The notes beneath the pieces were generated by a model. The model was not told the DNA's origin. It did not search any database and was given only the letters and a program-made list of their open reading frames with translations. 64,000 bases of DNA from a bacterium (lineage in GTDB: Bacteria > UBA8248): NCBI GenBank assembly GCA_965199855.1, contig OZ241326.1, positions 2,784,001-2,848,000 on the forward strand, written 5' to 3'. Made by a program: the position numbers and the translations under genes. Within the stretch, counting starts at the first letter, position 1; every line of letters starts with the position of its first letter. Below, piece after piece: positions 59,493 to 64,000 of this stretch.

Positions 59493-59890
59493 TTTTCACC
59501 CCTCCCCTTGCGGCTTGCTTTCACCCGCGCCTTGGGCGAGAAAACGAGAGGTTTCCGCGCCGCCGCCGTCGCTTTTCGGGAGATTCTCTTTTCGATTCGA
59601 GGCAATCCTATCAAAAAAGAGGCTTGCGGCGAAGGCGGCATTTCGCGCGGAGCGCATCCGCGACATTCGCCGTTTCCCTGCTCGCGCCTCCCGCGCGCGT
59701 TCCCACAATTACGGGACGCATGAAACCGGGAGAAGACGAGCGCCGCCTCGCCCGGCGGATCTCATTTCTCCGCTCTCCGCCCCGCGTCCGGAAAACCGGC
59801 CTCCCGGCCCCGCAGGTGAAGCGCGAGAGCGCCTCCATTCATGCCTCTCGCCCGCGCCGCGAAAGCGATGGATGCGCTCGCGCCGATTTC

Positions 59891-59973
59891 GACAAAATCA
59901 GACAAATTCAAGGCCGATACAGACAAATACGCAGCTATTTCCCGTCCTTTTTCGACCCTTTTGAGACCCCTTT
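59891..59973. repeat. Helically phased short direct repeats
   Basis: GACAAA at 59891, 59901 and 59922; CC(T/C)TTT at 59946, 59957 and 59968. Confidence 0.5.
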
Positions 59974-60112
59974 GAGCATTCCGCCCGCCCCCCGGTTCGC
60001 CCGCCTTCCCTCCCCCCGTGGGCGCACTCCCGCCGCGTCAGGAATATACTCCGGCCCGGCGCCGTCTCCGCCCCGCAGATGCGGGCAGTTGCGGGCAAAT
60101 GCGCGCGAGGCT

Positions 60113-60290
60113 CCTCCGTGGGGTGGTTCGAGGGCGAGATTCTCGGGGAATGCGCCCGTTTCCGGGCCCGGGCCGCCGCCCGGCGGGAGGGCGTAGGGGC
60201 GGTTCGGGAGCCGTCCGTTTCCGGATCGGCGGCCGAACGGCGAACGGGAGGCATGGATGCGCCCCTGCAAACCCCATCCGTCAGGCGGCG
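60113..60290. other. Structured intergenic element (degenerate GTAG-type REP pair or ncRNA)
   Basis: GTAGGGGCG (60193) pairs with CGCCCCTGC (60260); two GAAA-loop hairpins on the minus strand; further long-range complementarity. Confidence 0.4.
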
Positions 60291-60388
60291 GGACGCGAAT
60301 CGCGGCGCGGGGGGAGGCTTCGGCGCCCGCTTGCCCTCGCCCGCCTCCGGGCGGATAATGGGGCTTTCCCCCGCCCGGGCCGCTCCTT

Positions 60389-61267
60389 TTGCTTGATTCG
60401 GCGCATCCCAACCTGCTGGCGCTGCTCTCGGCACTGTTCATCTCCGTCGCCAGAACCCTCTACCGGGGCGCGCTCGCGAGCCTGAGCCCCCTGGCGACGA
60501 CGGCGGCGGCGACCATCATCACGACAATCCTCGCCTTCGGCCTCTACGCCCTGGACGAGGGGCTGGAACGCTGGCCGCTCCGGGGGATTCTGTGGTTCGC
60601 GCTCGTGGGCGCGATCGGCGGGCTGGGGGGGCGCTACGCGGGCATGATCTCCATCAAGCTCGTGGGGCTGGCGCGCACGCCCATCCTCACGCAGACCGGC
60701 CTCGTCTGGTCCTCGGGCCTGGCCGTCCTCCTGCTGGGCGAGCGGCTCACCCCGCTCGTGACGCTGGGAACGCTGGGCGTCATGGCGGGCGGCGTCCTGC
60801 TCCTCTACGACGGGAAAGCCGCCGCGCGGCGCATCCCGCGCGCCTACTACCTCATTCCGGTGGCGGGGGCGGCCTTCGCCAGCGTCTCGCACGTCATCCG
60901 CAAATACGGCTTCCTCCACATCCCCTCGGTGCCCTTGGGGATGGGCGTCTCGAACCTCACGACGCTGGCCCTGCTCATGGCGAGCGCCTTCTTTCTGCCG
61001 AGCCTCAAGAGCGGCCCCCTCACCCGCCGCGCCCTGACGATTACGGTTCTGGGCGCCGCGTGCAACTTCCTCGCCGCCTTCTTCTTCTGGGGAGCGATCA
61101 AGAACGGAGAGATCATCCAGGTCGTTCCCATCAACCGGCTCTCCGTCCTCATCGTCATCCTCCTCTCCTGGCTCTTCTTCAGGAAGCAGGAGAGGGTGAG
61201 CGCGCGGGTCGTCATCGGCGGCGTCTCCTCCGTCCTGGGGGCGTGGGCCATCGTCCGGGGCGAGTGA
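60389..61267 (+). CDS. EamA/DMT family transporter
   Basis: About 10 hydrophobic helices in two repeats; LLLGERLT, VVPINRLS, FRKQERV. Confidence 0.88.
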   Translation: MLDSAHPNLLALLSALFISVARTLYRGALASLSPLATTAAATIITTILAFGLYALDEGLERWPLRGILWFALVGAIGGLGGRYAGMISIKLVGLARTPILTQTGLVWSSGLAVLLLGERLTPLVTLGTLGVMAGGVLLLYDGKAAARRIPRAYYLIPVAGAAFASVSHVIRKYGFLHIPSVPLGMGVSNLTTLALLMASAFFLPSLKSGPLTRRALTITVLGAACNFLAAFFFWGAIKNGEIIQVVPINRLSVLIVILLSWLFFRKQERVSARVVIGGVSSVLGAWAIVRGE

Positions 61268-61301
61268 TTCCGGGGAGGAGCGGCCGCCGCCTTCGGCGGG
61301 C

Positions 61302-62078
61302 TCAGGGCGCCTTGCGTCCCAGGATGGTCAGCCGCTTTCTGGTGATGGAGAGCTCCGCGCCCGCGCCGCGCTCCTCATACCAGCTTCCCCCCTCGTCGCG
61401 CAGCGCCTCGAAGGCGCGCCTGAGCGCGGGAACCGCCCCGGGCGGGGCGTGGGAGGCGTTCATCCATTCATCGAAGCGCGCGTCGAGCCTGTCGAAGGCG
61501 ACCTCCTCGACGCGGACGCCCTCTTCCTCGAAAAGCGCCTCCATCTCCTTTTGCGAGAGATGCCGGGTGATGGAGGGCTCACGCGCGCGATCCAGGCTTT
61601 CTATGCGCGCCCGCTCCGCCGCCTCGTCGGGATAGTGGTAGTCGATGAGGAAGAGATGCCCCCCCGGCCGCACCGAGCGCGCCATCTCCCGAAAAACGCC
61701 TCCGGGATTCTCCAGGTGATGGAGCGTGTGCCGGCAGACGGCGGCGTCGGCCGCCCCTTCCGCCAGAGGCGGGGCGCCCGCGTCGGCGAGGACGTATCGC
61801 GCGCGGGCGTGAACGCCCCATTCGCGCAGGCGCGCCCGCCCGCTCCGCACCATCGCCGGCGTGAGCTCCAGCCCCACGACGCGCCCCCCCGCCTTGAGGA
61901 AGGGCAGCGCGGAGGTGGCCGTGCCCATCCCGAAATCGACGAGCCGGCTGCCGGGCCCGAAGCCGATGCGGCGGGCCATCCCGTCCAGGCGCTCCTGCTC
62001 CTCGCCGCTGAAGTATCCGCCGTAGCCCTCGGCGCGCCTCGTGAAGGCTTCGACGCTGCGCCGGTTCGCGTCGTTCAT
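61302..62078 (-). CDS. Class I SAM-dependent methyltransferase
   Basis: LVDFGMGTA, LELTPAM, CRHTLHH, VRPGG. Confidence 0.85.
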   Translation of the reverse strand: MNDANRRSVEAFTRRAEGYGGYFSGEEQERLDGMARRIGFGPGSRLVDFGMGTATSALPFLKAGGRVVGLELTPAMVRSGRARLREWGVHARARYVLADAGAPPLAEGAADAAVCRHTLHHLENPGGVFREMARSVRPGGHLFLIDYHYPDEAAERARIESLDRAREPSITRHLSQKEMEALFEEEGVRVEEVAFDRLDARFDEWMNASHAPPGAVPALRRAFEALRDEGGSWYEERGAGAELSITRKRLTILGRKAP

Positions 62079-62174
62079 GCGCTCCCCCGCCGCCGGCTTT
62101 CGCCCGATTTGCAAAAATGCGCGCGATGCCGCTAGAATGGGGAAAAGCCAACCTTCCGAAGAGGAGACCATATC

Positions 62175-62678
62175 ATGGGGGAAATACTCGACGCATTCGC
62201 CGCCGAGTGCCGCGGCATCCTCAGGCGCGACTCCGGCAAGGCGGGCCTCCAGCAGGTGAGCGACAGCCTCGAGAAAATCCTGGTGAACCGCGAATTCGTC
62301 CAGGAGCATCTGGGGCCGGACAACGAATCTCCGAGAACGCTTCTGTATGAGGACTCCGAGCTGGGATTCTGCATCTTCGCCCACGTTCACAAGAGCGGCA
62401 GCGGAAGCCCGCCCCACGACCACGGCGCCTCCTGGGCCATCTACGGCCAGGCGGTGGGCACCACCACGATGACGGACTACGAGCTCGTCGAAAGACCCGC
62501 CGGCGGCGCGCCGGGCAAGGTGCGCGCCGTGCGGAGCTACGACCTCGCCCCGGGCGTCTCGAAAGCCTACGACGTGGGCGAGTTCCACTCTCCAAAGCGA
62601 GAGGGCGAGACGCGCCTCATCCGCATCGAGGGAATCAACCTGGACACGATCACGCGCGACAAATACGAGGCCGTCTGA
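62175..62678 (+). CDS. Cysteine dioxygenase-like cupin
   Basis: SPPHDHGASWAIYG and FHSP metal-binding His pattern; GAGGAG RBS. Confidence 0.75.
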   Translation: MGEILDAFAAECRGILRRDSGKAGLQQVSDSLEKILVNREFVQEHLGPDNESPRTLLYEDSELGFCIFAHVHKSGSGSPPHDHGASWAIYGQAVGTTTMTDYELVERPAGGAPGKVRAVRSYDLAPGVSKAYDVGEFHSPKREGETRLIRIEGINLDTITRDKYEAV

Positions 62679-62851
62679 GCCTGCCTCGACCGGGGGCGGC
62701 GGCTTTCAGGCCGTATGAGCCTGCCGCGCCCCCGTAGAGCAGGGGGCGGTCCGCGCTTTTTTTCATCGCGGCGCGCGAAGTCGGGCGCGCCGGCGCGAGC
62801 GAGGGAGGATTTACGCCATACGCGCGGCGGACGCCGTCCGCCGCGAGAACA

Positions 62852-62995
62852 GCCCGCAGGTGTTCGGGAATCCGGTGCGAATCCGGAGCTGCCCGGCAGC
62901 TGTAAGCGACGCGCCTCTCATGCGATCCACCGGGACGTTCCCGGGAAGGAATGGGAGGCGGCCATCGGCGCGAGCCAGAAGACCGGCCTGCGGGC
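62852..62995 (+). ncRNA. Cobalamin riboswitch
   Basis: P1 GCCCGCAGG/CCTGCGGGC, GGGAATCCGGTGCGAATCCGG, CTGCCC..CAGCTGTAA, CCAC-GGG..GGGAAGG, B12 box GAGCCAGAAGACCGGCC; upstream of a TonB receptor. Confidence 0.92.
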
Positions 62996-63061
62996 ATCTT
63001 CCACGCCGGGCCCCGCCAAGGGGCCCATTTCGAGCGCTTGGGCCGCTCGGGGAGGCGAACC

Positions 63062-64000
63062 ATGAAGCAATACGCAGAAAACACCCGGACATTCCGCATC
63101 GCATCCGCGCGGAGCGCGCTCATCCTTTGGACGGCGCTCCTCGTCCTGCTCGGAGGGGCCGGGCGCATCGGCGCCCAGGACGCCGCGCCGGAGGAGGAGC
63201 TGCATCTCGACCCCATCACCGTGACGGCCACGCGGACGCCGGAGCGGCTCGGCGACGTGGCCGATTCGGTGGAGGTGTTCGCCCCGTCCAGAATCGAGAG
63301 CCTCCTGCCGGGCGACGCCGCCGAATTCCTCACCGAGGCGGCGGGCGTCTCCCTCCCCCGGACGAGCGGAAGGGGCGGGCAGACGAGCCTGTTCCTCAGG
63401 GGGAGCGAAAGCAACTTCACCAGCGTCCTGCTGGACGGCTTCAAGCTCACCTACCCCGGCGGGGGGGGGTATGACTTCTCGCATCTCTCGCCCGAGTGGA
63501 TCGGCTCCGCCGAGGTGCTCAAGGGCCCCCAAAGCCCGCTCTACGGCTCGGACGCGGCGGCGGGCGTGGTGAATTTCCTGCCCGACATCGGAAGGCCGGG
63601 AGAGGCGCCGACTTTCGCGGCGCGCTTCCGGGGCGGGAGCCATTCAACGTTCGAGGAGGTCTTCAAGCTCAAGGGCGGCGCGGAGAAAAGCGGATACGCG
63701 GCGACCCTGAGCCGCCTCGACACGGACGGCCACCTCCCCAACGACGGCTATTCGCGCTCCGTCGGAACGCTCGCCCTGGATTACTTCTTCTCGGACAAGG
63801 CGAAGGCGCGCCTCCTCTACCACGCCAACCGGAACGGATACGACGTCCCGGGGCCCGACCACAGAAACTACGCAGAGCCCAACACGTCCCTGAAGAACCT
63901 CGAGCAGCTCATCGGCGTCCGGGCGAGCGTCCGCCCCTCTCCATGGCTCGAATTCGTCCCGCGCGTCTCCATGTATCTGCGCGACACGCTCTTTGAGAAC
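63062..64000 (+). CDS. btuB: TonB-dependent receptor, BtuB-like (partial, runs off the window)
   Basis: Not in the ORF track. Signal peptide, DPITVTATRT TonB box, LFLRGSES, VLLDG, EVLKGPQSPLYGSDAAAGVVN plug motif. Confidence 0.88.
   Translation, partial: MKQYAENTRTFRIASARSALILWTALLVLLGGAGRIGAQDAAPEEELHLDPITVTATRTPERLGDVADSVEVFAPSRIESLLPGDAAEFLTEAAGVSLPRTSGRGGQTSLFLRGSESNFTSVLLDGFKLTYPGGGGYDFSHLSPEWIGSAEVLKGPQSPLYGSDAAAGVVNFLPDIGRPGEAPTFAARFRGGSHSTFEEVFKLKGGAEKSGYAATLSRLDTDGHLPNDGYSRSVGTLALDYFFSDKAKARLLYHANRNGYDVPGPDHRNYAEPNTSLKNLEQLIGVRASVRPSPWLEFVPRVSMYLRDTLFEN

Noticed and set aside
60262-60310. GCAAACC...GGGACGCGAA resembling a c-di-GMP-I riboswitch
   Set aside because: No GNRA-capped P2 and no downstream GC..GG.CTAA/P3 elements; probably chance.
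59496-60380. Several 70-190 aa ORFs in the pyrF-eamA gap
   Set aside because: Pro/Arg-rich, mutually overlapping and without recognisable motifs; treated as non-coding.

Overview
High-GC bacterial chromosomal segment from a diderm organism (TonB receptor, periplasmic cytochrome, Tat system). Most long ORFs in the supplied track are GC-rich shadow frames; about 55 real genes remain. From left to right: (1) a lower-GC surface-glycan (nonulosonic-acid-like) modification cluster directly 3' of tRNA-Glu, containing a LarA racemase and a GatA-like amidase coupled to an N-acetyl-sugar amidotransferase; (2) an M20 hydrolase and an acyl-CoA ligase; (3) an AT-rich DUF262 (GmrSD-like) islet with an in-frame TAG and 9-bp flanking direct repeats; (4) a di-heme peroxidase-family cytochrome translationally coupled to a PhnDCE-type ABC importer; (5) amtB-glnK and assorted enzymes; (6) a CxxU Rdx/SelW selenoprotein missed by the ORF track, heading a MOSC-PhzF operon; (7) two thiolase/DUF35 modules; (8) defence genes (MTase-HNH fusion with an OLD-like ATPase/TOPRIM protein; a Dam-family MTase with a frameshifted BcgI-like enzyme) set inside a housekeeping run of glm genes, pcrA, gatC and menaquinone genes; (9) an apparently split GlmU plus a degenerate third paralogue; (10) tatBC, an atypical pyrF and a structured 0.9-kb intergenic region; (11) a compact cobalamin riboswitch ahead of a BtuB-like receptor. 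All calls rest on motifs read by eye; no database searches or folding programs were run. The best candidates for an undescribed system are the cytochrome-ABC operon, the Sec-Rdx/MOSC/PhzF operon, the LarA/amidase glycan-tailoring module and the MTase-HNH/OLD pair.
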